A DNA stretch of 64,000 nucleotides. It comes from a virus. The notes beneath the pieces are model-generated. The model saw only the letters and a program-made list of their open reading frames with translations, searched no databases and was not told the origin of the DNA. The position numbers and the translations under genes were made by a program. Positions 29,595 through 39,210 of this stretch are shown here, piece after piece (positions within the stretch are counted from its first letter, which is position 1; every line of letters starts with the position of its first letter). The stretch spans positions 1-64,000 of the IMG/VR virus record IMGVR_UViG_3300023184_000048; one strand, written 5' to 3'.

Positions 29595-30494
29595 TTACGA
29601 AGCATAAGCAACGACTTCAATTCCGGGTCTGCCTAAGTTTTCCCAGTTGAAAGAGATTCTGCTATTTTCAATTTCAGGTTCTTCTGTATATGGATCGCCC
29701 GACAAGTTCTTGCGTCTAAAAGTTAAAGATTCATTACCTTTAGCTCCGGGTGTGTGATGTGCCGAAGCAATGGCATGATTTCCTGTCACAGCATCTAAAC
29801 TATAACCTAATCCATCCAAAGCTTGTGTCAAAGCGTTTAAGGCTTGTCCTACAGTCTGAAATCGACCATTCCCATCCAGTCCATGTTGAGTTACAACATT
29901 TGTAATTCTATGTCTATCCTTATCTGTAATTCTATCAGATTTTTGAATAGCTTCTTCAAATAACATGGCCATCGAAGCATTATCTTTAGTTACTTGTGTT
30001 CCATAAGACTCATTCAACTTATTTGGTGTGGCTTTCCCATTACCTTTATCAGTTAGACGAGTGATATTCTGTTGATCAGTCACATATTCAACTGGTTTTA
30101 AATCAACTTTTGAATTATGATAAAATTTTTCGGGAACTTTGACAGTAAAATCACTTTGATCAACTAAGTCAATCATATTAGGTGTAACTGTATAGGAATT
30201 ATAATAACGTCCACCACCTTGATCAGCCGCAACGGTAACGACCACCATATCAGCAGACTTGTGTTGATTACCAGCAGACGCACCAGACATTTTATCACCA
30301 ACTTGAATCACTCTGATATTAAGTCCGCTCTTAATAAGCTCGTCAATTTCCTTCTGCATTGCTGAATTCATTGATTTAAAACAATCAGTTGATTTATATG
30401 ATGGTCGGAATGCCACAACATCGCCGGGAAGATAACCACCCACCTGATAACGTGAAACAACACTTTCAAAAATTTTGTCAAATCTAGCACCCAT
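29595..30494 (-). CDS. Candidate internal head protein
   Basis: 'MGARFDKIFES', internal 'LNESY' and 'LFEEA'; own late promoter. Confidence 0.6.
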   Translation of the reverse strand: MGARFDKIFESVVSRYQVGGYLPGDVVAFRPSYKSTDCFKSMNSAMQKEIDELIKSGLNIRVIQVGDKMSGASAGNQHKSADMVVVTVAADQGGGRYYNSYTVTPNMIDLVDQSDFTVKVPEKFYHNSKVDLKPVEYVTDQQNITRLTDKGNGKATPNKLNESYGTQVTKDNASMAMLFEEAIQKSDRITDKDRHRITNVVTQHGLDGNGRFQTVGQALNALTQALDGLGYSLDAVTGNHAIASAHHTPGAKGNESLTFRRKNLSGDPYTEEPEIENSRISFNWENLGRPGIEVVAYAS

Positions 30495-30500
30495 ACACTT

Positions 30501-30521
30501 TATTTAATAAAGGATTAAATA
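30501..30521. promoter_or_regulatory. Back-to-back late promoters (TATTTAAT-AAAGG-ATTAAATA)
   Basis: 8-bp inverted repeat; each TAAATA is 5-6 nt from a divergent start codon. Confidence 0.75.
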
Positions 30522-30526
30522 TATTC

Positions 30527-32143
30527 ATGGAATTTCAAGATCTGTATAGATTGGTTACTGAGGCAAAGGGGACGAAGCCCGGTGAACGCTTTAATAGTGT
30601 TAAAAATACTAATGGACCAGCGGGAGTATCCTCAAGCCCTATTGGGAAATCTAATTATAATCCAGAACTTCCAGAACGAAGAGATACCGGACCACGGGAT
30701 ATTGGATTTTCTAATGTTCAAGTTTTGGTTAGACTATTATCTAAAGGTTTAGCTCTATTAAAAGATGATGAGACATTTGAAGATCAAATTAAAGGCGCAC
30801 TTTTAGGATTCAAGAGAAATAGAAAACAGATTTCAATTGAACAAGAAAGTATTTTGAAAAATTATGAGAAAATCATCGATAAGTATGATGGTCAGATTTC
30901 ACAATATACTAAAAGATTATTCTCAGCGAAAGACACCTTCTACCATACGGATGTAGTCAAAGGTAAAAATAAAAAAGGTGAAGATACCGCTTCAATGAAT
31001 GTGCAATCATATACCTCTAGTGGATCACAAGAGTCTTCAAGAGCTGAATTAGAAGAAAAACTAGAAGAAATCAAGGCTAAACGTGCAGAGTATTCAGAAA
31101 TTTTGGAAAATACCAGAAATGATACCGATATGATTACTCAGGAAAATGAAGAACTGAACAATGAATATCTTGATCAGGTATTGACTGCTGTGAAATACAC
31201 ATCAAAAAGACTATACAAGATCGCGGTTACTGCTATGGGTGAGGAAAAGCCAGAATTTAAAACAATAGTTCCAATTCATGAATTAGATGTTGATATGATC
31301 GAAATGAAATCCACCAAGGATCTGCAAATTCAATTGCAATTACTTGAAATGTTGATGTCGGAAGATGAAAATATCAATCCTCTTATTAAATTTTTAGCAT
31401 TAGAAGAAATTAATTATGACTCTATGAAGGATCGGGCATTTGAATTGAAACATGGTGATAACTATTCAATTACTATTGAACTTCTTTACAAAACACTTCC
31501 ACTTTTTAAGCTTTCTAATTTCTACTATAGTGTTATTATGAAGAAAGCTTCTATTCCACTGAATATGAAACAAGCTAAGTCATTAAATTCTAAAACCGCT
31601 GATGGTGGAATTTTAGGTAAACTTGATTCGGTCAAGAGCGAACTTCAATTTGATAACATCAAACCAGAATTGATTGAATACATTCAAGGGTTGGAAGTTT
31701 CAGACACTTATAGAAGCGCATTGATGAGTATTGTGAATGGTAAGTTTGAGACTCGTAAGGGATCTCCAAATGCCGCATTTAAAATAAAAAGTTCTCTAAA
31801 GTCAATGAATTTGACTGAATCGTTTGATGATTATGCTTCGAGAATTTTAAGTTCATATCAAATTGATGAAGATGATTTCAAAATTGATCTGGTTGAGATG
31901 ATTTCCGAGAAATGTGATGGTCCCACTAAGAAAGCTTCAAGTGATCGCAAAGGTAAGAAGTGGATGAAATGCGCTAAACAGTCTGATGGATCATATAAGA
32001 AGATACATTGGGGGCAAGCAGGAGTAAGAGTTACTGGCAAATCAGGAAATACTAAAAGGAAAAAATCATTCAAGGCTAGGCACAACTGCGCCAATGCTAA
32101 ACCGGGATCGCCAAATTCCGAAAGCTGTAAAGATTGGAATTAA
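30527..32143 (+). CDS. Candidate internal head protein with coiled coil and basic Cys/His C-terminal domain
   Basis: 'MEFQDLYRLVTE'; C-terminal 'KKSFKARHNC...SCKDW' domain seen in aquatic T4-like phage proteins. Confidence 0.6.
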   Translation: MEFQDLYRLVTEAKGTKPGERFNSVKNTNGPAGVSSSPIGKSNYNPELPERRDTGPRDIGFSNVQVLVRLLSKGLALLKDDETFEDQIKGALLGFKRNRKQISIEQESILKNYEKIIDKYDGQISQYTKRLFSAKDTFYHTDVVKGKNKKGEDTASMNVQSYTSSGSQESSRAELEEKLEEIKAKRAEYSEILENTRNDTDMITQENEELNNEYLDQVLTAVKYTSKRLYKIAVTAMGEEKPEFKTIVPIHELDVDMIEMKSTKDLQIQLQLLEMLMSEDENINPLIKFLALEEINYDSMKDRAFELKHGDNYSITIELLYKTLPLFKLSNFYYSVIMKKASIPLNMKQAKSLNSKTADGGILGKLDSVKSELQFDNIKPELIEYIQGLEVSDTYRSALMSIVNGKFETRKGSPNAAFKIKSSLKSMNLTESFDDYASRILSSYQIDEDDFKIDLVEMISEKCDGPTKKASSDRKGKKWMKCAKQSDGSYKKIHWGQAGVRVTGKSGNTKRKKSFKARHNCANAKPGSPNSESCKDWN

Positions 32144-32160
32144 TCAACTTAAATAATTGA

Positions 32161-32649
32161 GTGGCGAACATCAAAATTAAATCACTTGCAGTTGATAAAC
32201 ATTCCGAAAAATCAATTTCTAAGGGATTTTTGTATAAAGATATTGCTTTTGATTTATCTCAAACTGTTTCATTTAATGCTCAATTAAACAAAAAAGAGTA
32301 TTTGAAGGATGTTTCTCCATTATATGACATTGAAGCTGTTAAAAATAGTATCAAAACTGCATTCTTGACTGCTCCGGGTCAAAATATCATGAGTCCTACT
32401 TATGGGGTTGACTTGAGACAGTATCTATTTGAACCTATCGATGATTTTACTACTGAAATTATAAAAGATGACATTGAAGTGAAATTACCCAGAATGGAAC
32501 CAAGAATTAATGTCAAGAATGTGACTGTTATTGGCGACGAAGATAATAATCAATACAATATTACATTACAGATTGATGTTCCAAGTTTAGATGTGTATGG
32601 CTTAAGTATTAAATCTGAATTGAATTCAACTGGTTATAGTATTCTTTGA
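32161..32649 (+). CDS. gp25: Baseplate wedge subunit gp25-like
   Basis: 'AVKNSI...LTAPGQ.IMSPTYGVDLRQYLFEP', 'EPRINV'. Confidence 0.9.
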   Translation: MANIKIKSLAVDKHSEKSISKGFLYKDIAFDLSQTVSFNAQLNKKEYLKDVSPLYDIEAVKNSIKTAFLTAPGQNIMSPTYGVDLRQYLFEPIDDFTTEIIKDDIEVKLPRMEPRINVKNVTVIGDEDNNQYNITLQIDVPSLDVYGLSIKSELNSTGYSIL

Positions 32650-32664
32650 TATTAAATAGTTTTA

Positions 32665-34476
32665 ATGGATCAGAACCTTGAGTATAACCTTCCTCAAAAT
32701 GCTTACACAAATTTTGACGCGACATCATTGAAGTCATTCATGATCCAACAGCTTAATGCTGAAGGTAGATTCACTGATCAAAACTATGAAGGTAGTAATA
32801 TATCATCTCTGGTCAATGTTTTGGCATATTACACTCATGTTTTGATGTTCTATCTCAACCAAACATCATCTGAGTCGATGTTTTCACAAGCTTCGATTTA
32901 TGAAAACATGAATAAGATCGTCAAACTGATTGGATACAAGCCGACAGGCAAACAGACATCACTTTCGCCTATTAATTGTGTGGCTTCTGCTGATTTAGCT
33001 CTTGGTAACTATGTCATTCGTAAGTATAGTTATTTTTTAATTGATAATATCCAATATACCTTCATAAGTGACCAGTCTTTTGAGAAATCGACAGCATCAT
33101 CTGAAAATATCGGGGCAATTAATAATAATTCTATCATTTATCAAGGAACTGTTGGGGAATATCCAATTTATGATGCTGAAGGTATTGAATATGAGACATT
33201 GCCCATCGTTGTTGATAATTTGATTGATTCGAAAGATACTAGATTCATATCGCATGGCACTATTTCAGTATATGTCAAAGAAAGTGATAACTCACTGTGG
33301 CATGAGTATGATGAGGTTGATAGTTTATTTTTATCAGATTCAACAAGCAGAGTGTTTGATCTGAGGCTTAATGAAAATGGTCATTATGAAGTTAAGTTTG
33401 GTAATGGTGTGTTTGGAAGATCACTCAAGTCTGGGGATCAGGTTGCAATTTTCTACATATTAAGTGATGGTGATAAGGGACAGATTTCCAAAAATGCTAT
33501 CAACGGTAACAAATTATTTGTGTATAATAGCCAAAGATTTAATGAAGTTTATATTGATGTGAACTCGGGATCTATCTCAACACAAATAGATCAGACAAAT
33601 ACAGGACTGTTAACATTTAATAATCCTTCAAATTCCACTCTTTTACAAGATGCTGAAACCGTTGATCAAATTAGAGAAAACAGTCCTACATTTTTGTCAA
33701 GTCAATTAAGACTTGTGACTGAAAATGATTATGAAAAATTTTTAAAGAAAAGTATTCCAAATATTTTAAATTCGGTCAAGGTCGTGAATAACAAAACATT
33801 CATATCAGAGTATATTGATTATTTTTATCAAATATCTGTTGATCCAAACAAAGTTAATAGAGTCATTCTTAATCAGGTTAATTTTGCTGATTCTTGTGAC
33901 TTCAACAATATTAATGTGTTTTGTGTTCCGACATTTAACATAACAACAGATGGACAATATCCAGAATTTTTGACAAACAGCTTCAAGGGACTAATAAGAA
34001 CTCTGACAAATGATAAGAAAATAATCTCGAATGAAATTGTCCCGAGAGATCCGGTATACACTGCATTTGATATAGGATTTAGTAATTTAACACCTAACAA
34101 ATCTGTCTATGATAAGACAAAATTGATAATTACTAGAGAGACAAACAATAAAACAAATAAAGAAACTCTTAAAAAAAGAGTCTCCAATGTTATTTTGGAT
34201 TATTTCAACCCAAAAAATATGAGCTTGGGTCAAACCATCAACATATCAGATTTAGCCTCCAGTATATTATCTCTGGATGGTGTAAAAAATATAAAGACCA
34301 AAAATTTTGAAGAGAATATATATTTCAATGGTATATCGTTTATCACTTGGAATCCAGCATTTGATGGTGTCGATGAGACGTTGATAAATCAAACAACAAC
34401 ACTACCATTCTTCAAATTTCCTTATTTCTACAGACCAAATTCTCTAATCAACCGCATTGAAATAACAGACGAATGA
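32665..34476 (+). CDS. gp6: Baseplate wedge subunit gp6-like
   Basis: 'FTDQNYEGSNISSLVNVLAYYTH', 'YEVKFGNG', 'ETVDQIR...QLRLVTENDY'. Confidence 0.9.
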   Translation: MDQNLEYNLPQNAYTNFDATSLKSFMIQQLNAEGRFTDQNYEGSNISSLVNVLAYYTHVLMFYLNQTSSESMFSQASIYENMNKIVKLIGYKPTGKQTSLSPINCVASADLALGNYVIRKYSYFLIDNIQYTFISDQSFEKSTASSENIGAINNNSIIYQGTVGEYPIYDAEGIEYETLPIVVDNLIDSKDTRFISHGTISVYVKESDNSLWHEYDEVDSLFLSDSTSRVFDLRLNENGHYEVKFGNGVFGRSLKSGDQVAIFYILSDGDKGQISKNAINGNKLFVYNSQRFNEVYIDVNSGSISTQIDQTNTGLLTFNNPSNSTLLQDAETVDQIRENSPTFLSSQLRLVTENDYEKFLKKSIPNILNSVKVVNNKTFISEYIDYFYQISVDPNKVNRVILNQVNFADSCDFNNINVFCVPTFNITTDGQYPEFLTNSFKGLIRTLTNDKKIISNEIVPRDPVYTAFDIGFSNLTPNKSVYDKTKLIITRETNNKTNKETLKKRVSNVILDYFNPKNMSLGQTINISDLASSILSLDGVKNIKTKNFEENIYFNGISFITWNPAFDGVDETLINQTTTLPFFKFPYFYRPNSLINRIEITDE

Positions 34477-36686
34477 GCAGCACAACAACCACAATTAACT
34501 TCTCATGTGTCGATTACAGGGGTGAACAATCCCTATCGTCTTATGCTATTCCGATAACTCCTTTTTTTCTAACTCCCGATTTATCAGAACTGGCGTTGAG
34601 CGCAATTAACAGCCATAAAGTTATTTGGGATTTTGGTGACGGCACAACATCAAAATCATTCTCAGCGGTTAAGTCATATGAATTTCCCGGAATATATGAC
34701 ATTAATCTTGTCATCTATGATTGCAACAATAATGCACTCATATCAACCCAGACAAAAATAGTTCAGGTGTATGATTATTTGCCATATACATTTAATATTA
34801 GGGCTTATGGTAGATTTCTGACAGAGGATGGTTCATATATTATTTCGGAGGACGGATCATATATTGTCAGTGAGGTTCCAGTGATTGAAATAAAAGCAGG
34901 AAAAATTGAGGGATCATTTAACTTTGAATCTACCTACCCAGCGTATCAGCCTCCAACAAGCATATATTACGAAGTGTCTGGATCTGACAGTAATAATTAT
35001 TGGGAGATATATAAAAATAAGTTCGAGCATTTGGATAATAGCTATGCTATATACGAACAAACGTATAATTTTAGCATATCAGCAAATCAATATCATCAAT
35101 TGAAAAATATACAATTTGATGTATCTGATATTTATGCCAAAGTATCTGAAGGTTCGGTCATCAGATGTTCAAAAGAAGACATCAATTCTTGTTTGGTTGG
35201 TAGATCTGGGAATAAAGATGTATATATCAAAGATGATGCCCCATCTCAAAATTCAAAATGGAAATTCTTTTTCGATAAAACGAAAAATAAGTTACCTTTT
35301 TACAATGGTAACACAAATCATCTGAATAATTTAGCTATAGTTATGAGTCTGAGCGTCTTAGAAAACACTCCAGATCATTTATCCATTACTTCTAATGGTC
35401 TTGATGGTGAGGGTGTGACTGTTGACTCTTTTAATATAAATCCCATAAAATATTTTGATACTAAAATACCATTTGTGATTAGGATCAAAGATATTGATAA
35501 TTTTTCTATAAAAGACTTTCAAACTATACAATTGTCCGCATTATCAATAACATTATCTGCGATTGGCAATGTTCAAATCGTCGATGAAAATGGTCAATTT
35601 TTATTGAACGAAAATGGGGAAGAGATTTATGCGACTGGAGTAAATTATCTGCTATCGAATACACAATATAGTATATCTTCTTTGAATTATACATTATCAT
35701 CACAGGATTCTGGTGGATCTTTTAGAGGATATATACAATTCTCAACCAATCCAGAGAATACAATTTTACAAAATGTAAAAATATACACATCAGCCACGGT
35801 CATCAGTAATCAATTAAGCTCATATGAATTATCTGGAAGTTCATCATTTTTTAACGTTTATTCAAAAAATTATTTTGATTTGTATAAAAAGAATGAGGAT
35901 TTCAATCCAGAGCAGACATTGAAAGATTTAAGATTTCAAGAAACTCTTTTAGATAAAGAAGTATTGTTTGGAGATTTTCTTGGTGGATTATTGGGTAATG
36001 AAAATTCTGATCATGAAGGTATCGGCTTGAAGATTTATGAAAAAATAGCAAACTTTGTTGGAAATACCCAAGATATTGACACTTGTGAAGAGGATCATAT
36101 AGAATCTTTGGGATTATTTTTAGGATATAATAACAAAAATGAGGAGAACTACACATATCCAGAAAAGATAAAGAGAATACTTAACTTAGCGTCAATCGAT
36201 AAAACCAAACTTGTAGGAATTGATAATAAGTTTGCAGAAAATTTTGATATTAAGGGAAGATCATCCAAAGATGAATACGGAATCAATACAGGAGATATTA
36301 TAGATCCAAATACATATATAGTCACTGCTGGTATCCCTATAGTAGCTCTCGAAAAGTTTAGTAATACCTATTCCCTATTAAACACATTCCAACCCGTTTC
36401 GGCTGTTGGGTCATTCACATATCCCCTCAGTTTATATAATTCTGACTTTGGTTGGCCATTGGTCCTTCCAAGCGATTTTGATTATAAAGATTTTTCAAAA
36501 TATTATATATTTTTTGAATACGTTGATCAATATGATGGTAGTGTGGTTGGTTCTCTGGGAGATTTTGTAAATGATAAAACAACAATAGATTCAAGTTCGT
36601 CAAGTTCTGACTTATACGGAGAAAGTGGTATATTCCAGAATATGTTCATGGATACTTTATATCAATCACTCTCTTTGATTAATTAA
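34473..36686 (+). CDS. Baseplate/virion protein with PKD domain (gp7-position)
   Basis: 'IWDFGDGT' PKD motif; follows gp6; 'LTEDG..IISEDG' motifs. Confidence 0.65.
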   Translation: MSSTTTTINFSCVDYRGEQSLSSYAIPITPFFLTPDLSELALSAINSHKVIWDFGDGTTSKSFSAVKSYEFPGIYDINLVIYDCNNNALISTQTKIVQVYDYLPYTFNIRAYGRFLTEDGSYIISEDGSYIVSEVPVIEIKAGKIEGSFNFESTYPAYQPPTSIYYEVSGSDSNNYWEIYKNKFEHLDNSYAIYEQTYNFSISANQYHQLKNIQFDVSDIYAKVSEGSVIRCSKEDINSCLVGRSGNKDVYIKDDAPSQNSKWKFFFDKTKNKLPFYNGNTNHLNNLAIVMSLSVLENTPDHLSITSNGLDGEGVTVDSFNINPIKYFDTKIPFVIRIKDIDNFSIKDFQTIQLSALSITLSAIGNVQIVDENGQFLLNENGEEIYATGVNYLLSNTQYSISSLNYTLSSQDSGGSFRGYIQFSTNPENTILQNVKIYTSATVISNQLSSYELSGSSSFFNVYSKNYFDLYKKNEDFNPEQTLKDLRFQETLLDKEVLFGDFLGGLLGNENSDHEGIGLKIYEKIANFVGNTQDIDTCEEDHIESLGLFLGYNNKNEENYTYPEKIKRILNLASIDKTKLVGIDNKFAENFDIKGRSSKDEYGINTGDIIDPNTYIVTAGIPIVALEKFSNTYSLLNTFQPVSAVGSFTYPLSLYNSDFGWPLVLPSDFDYKDFSKYYIFFEYVDQYDGSVVGSLGDFVNDKTTIDSSSSSSDLYGESGIFQNMFMDTLYQSLSLIN

Positions 36687-36694
36687 ATATACTA

Positions 36695-37204
36695 ATGGAA
36701 GTCAAACTGTCAGAACTTAATCATTTAACAGGAGGATTATCTGCTAATAGTCTTGTCCCCATTCTACAAAATGGTTATAACTATATAACACCAGTAAGTT
36801 CATTTATTGTAAACTCTCCTGTATTATCAGTGTCTGGAAAAACAGGAGCTATCACATTATCTGCATCAGATATTCAAACACCCTACATAACAATACAGAC
36901 CTTATTTCCAATTGTCACCACTCTATCATCCACAAATAACCAAACAGTTTCATCAAATAATGTTTATTTTGATGAAACTTTCTTTATAACACCTGTCGGA
37001 TCTTTATCGGCATTGACTTGGAAACTTCCACTATCATCTGAATGTAGAGTTGGTCAAATAAAAACATTTCTATCTACGCAAAATATAACAACATTTTCTG
37101 TCAGTGGGTGTAAAATAGGAGCAGCTTTGACAACTGCATATGCTAATGAAGCATATTCTTATCAATGCATTTTACCAAATGGAACCTTTTTAAGATTAGC
37201 ATAA
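36695..37204 (+). CDS. Short fibre/adaptor-like virion protein
   Basis: N-terminal 'VKLSEL', 'VLSVSGKTGAITL' fibre motif; late promoter. Confidence 0.6.
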   Translation: MEVKLSELNHLTGGLSANSLVPILQNGYNYITPVSSFIVNSPVLSVSGKTGAITLSASDIQTPYITIQTLFPIVTTLSSTNNQTVSSNNVYFDETFFITPVGSLSALTWKLPLSSECRVGQIKTFLSTQNITTFSVSGCKIGAALTTAYANEAYSYQCILPNGTFLRLA

Positions 37205-38025
37205 TGCCATTGACTTCAATTACATCCTCCAAACGGAATAGACTCAATAAGGTAAATCGTGTGATAGACAATATGGTCAATTCTATTGATTCTAGAATTG
37301 CAGGAAAAGACCCAGCATCTACAATAAAAATATACGATAGTTATAATGTTCCTTATGGAACTGTTGGGAGTAGAAATAGTAATTTTTGGTGTTCTAGCTT
37401 ATCTGCAATTACATGCATTAGTCCGCGGAATTCTTACGAAGATTACGCAAGAGCTGGAACTTTAATAGCCCCAGATATGGTAGTATTCTCTAACCATTTT
37501 CCTATTTTAAGTGGTAATAGCATAGACTTTTACACCATGGGTGGGTCAGTGGTGACAAGGACAATTATAGCACAGCGAAGAATACAAACTACAGATTTAA
37601 TGTTGGGTAAATTGGATAGTGATGTCCCAAACACAATAGCATACGCAAAAGTCTTACCTAAAACTTTTTATCCATTATTCTCGGAAGTGTTAAATAATGG
37701 ATCAGTAAAAGTGCCTATAATGAGTCTTGATCAACAAGAACATGCATCAGTTACCGACACATATGTTCAATCACAAAATTCATTTTTTTCGATTCCTACA
37801 GATTCTACAAGATTATCATTCTACGAAGGAACTTATGAATATGATTCAGGCAATCCATCTTTATGGGTATATAACAATGATTTAATCATTATAAGCGTTT
37901 GGTTTGGTGGTGGCTTAGGATCTCCGGGGAGTGGTCCCTCGTTTCATTATTATAGAGATGATATAAACTCTACCATGACCGCATTAAGTAGTCCTTATCA
38001 ATTGACCGAAGTAGTTGTTCAATAA
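37204..38025 (+). CDS. Trypsin/chymotrypsin-like serine protease
   Basis: 'AGTLIAPDMVVFSNH' (His), 'TDLMLGKL' (Asp), 'YDSGNP' (Ser). Confidence 0.7.
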   Translation: MPLTSITSSKRNRLNKVNRVIDNMVNSIDSRIAGKDPASTIKIYDSYNVPYGTVGSRNSNFWCSSLSAITCISPRNSYEDYARAGTLIAPDMVVFSNHFPILSGNSIDFYTMGGSVVTRTIIAQRRIQTTDLMLGKLDSDVPNTIAYAKVLPKTFYPLFSEVLNNGSVKVPIMSLDQQEHASVTDTYVQSQNSFFSIPTDSTRLSFYEGTYEYDSGNPSLWVYNNDLIIISVWFGGGLGSPGSGPSFHYYRDDINSTMTALSSPYQLTEVVVQ

Positions 38026-38795
38026 TATTTTCCATATAGATCGGTATCATTCCTCTCCATATCATACACTTCATTTTGACTGATGGTATCTATATCAAAT
38101 GGATACACTTTTTCGACTGATGTCAATGATGGAAACAATACAGATGAGAGTTTCCCAGAGAATGAATTATCATACACCTGATCATTACCAAGTTCTTGTG
38201 GAGCATTTGTGGTATAGTCGTATTCATAACGTTTTGCTGCTATCTTCCATACATAACTACCCATCATAGGATTTATACCCGCAGCAACATCTTGGTCCAA
38301 TACTTCAGTAATTCTGAATATTTTCGAACCTCTATTTCCGGGTCGGTTGCATCCCAAAGCATCTACCCTAATCAAATCATCTGATTTTGGTTCAACTCTT
38401 TGACCATTCAATTGAAAAAATGTCGCACTTACAGTATCTGTAAATGTTTTTATTGATATATAAGCAGTCAGTTCATCGGAAGAGTCCATACCATATTGGG
38501 ATAATGATACACCCTCTTGTAACTCCAAATATGCCTTAATTTCAAATGGTTCTGAATATTCCAGAGTCGAGTGTTCTCCATAAAGAATGTTCATCGCACT
38601 CAGATTGAATCCATTGACAAAATAACTGATATTAACTCCAAAATTATTAATCAATTCAGAAAATCCACTTTTGAATATGGCTTGTTCCGCTTGGAAATTG
38701 CTAGGATCACCAAACCCACCACAATGAGGATTATACACACCTGCGAAAATATTAGATGGATCTAGGCAGGACATTGGAATCATGTTACAACTCAT
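38019..38795 (-). CDS. gp14: Neck protein gp14-like
   Basis: 'LINNFGVNISY', 'LYGE', 'IKAYLE...SQYGM...DELT', 'PKSDDLI', 'YVWKIAAKRYEY'. Confidence 0.8.
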   Translation of the reverse strand: MSCNMIPMSCLDPSNIFAGVYNPHCGGFGDPSNFQAEQAIFKSGFSELINNFGVNISYFVNGFNLSAMNILYGEHSTLEYSEPFEIKAYLELQEGVSLSQYGMDSSDELTAYISIKTFTDTVSATFFQLNGQRVEPKSDDLIRVDALGCNRPGNRGSKIFRITEVLDQDVAAGINPMMGSYVWKIAAKRYEYDYTTNAPQELGNDQVYDNSFSGKLSSVLFPSLTSVEKVYPFDIDTISQNEVYDMERNDTDLYGKYY

Positions 38796-39139
38796 TTTGT
38801 CTTGATAATCCTCCCTGTTGGTTGTCCCTGAGCATTCATATACATCTGAATAGCCATTGGTGAATTTTTGATTTGTGAAGTCTTACCATCTTTAAATTCC
38901 AAATTATAATCAGATAATACATTTGCTAATTGCTGACCCATGAACATTGCACCCACACGATGCATTTGATTATTCATGGGTTTGTATGGTCCTACTGTGT
39001 GAAGATTCTTTTTGTTAATAATGTTGGGGTTCTTTCCATTATGGGCTTCTATAGATGGTGCCGATGTTCCGTCTGCCAAATTATGGCGATATTCCAAAAT
39101 TGGATTGTTCAAATTGAAATATTCCTTAAAAGAAACCAT
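38792..39139 (-). CDS. Candidate internal head protein
   Basis: 'MVSFKEYF...ILEY' resembles the T4 capsid-targeting sequence; TAAATA 5 nt upstream. Confidence 0.6.
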   Translation of the reverse strand: MVSFKEYFNLNNPILEYRHNLADGTSAPSIEAHNGKNPNIINKKNLHTVGPYKPMNNQMHRVGAMFMGQQLANVLSDYNLEFKDGKTSQIKNSPMAIQMYMNAQGQPTGRIIKTK

Positions 39140-39149
39140 AATAATATTT

Positions 39150-39190
39150 AATAAAAAAGGATGACCGATTAAAGTCATCCTTTCTTTTAA
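39150..39190 (-). terminator. Rho-independent terminator after the acidic late gene
   Basis: AAAGGATGAC / 8-nt loop / GTCATCCTTT hairpin, followed by a T-run on the minus strand. Confidence 0.8.
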
Positions 39191-39210
39191 TTGTTTATGT
39201 TAAGGTTTAC

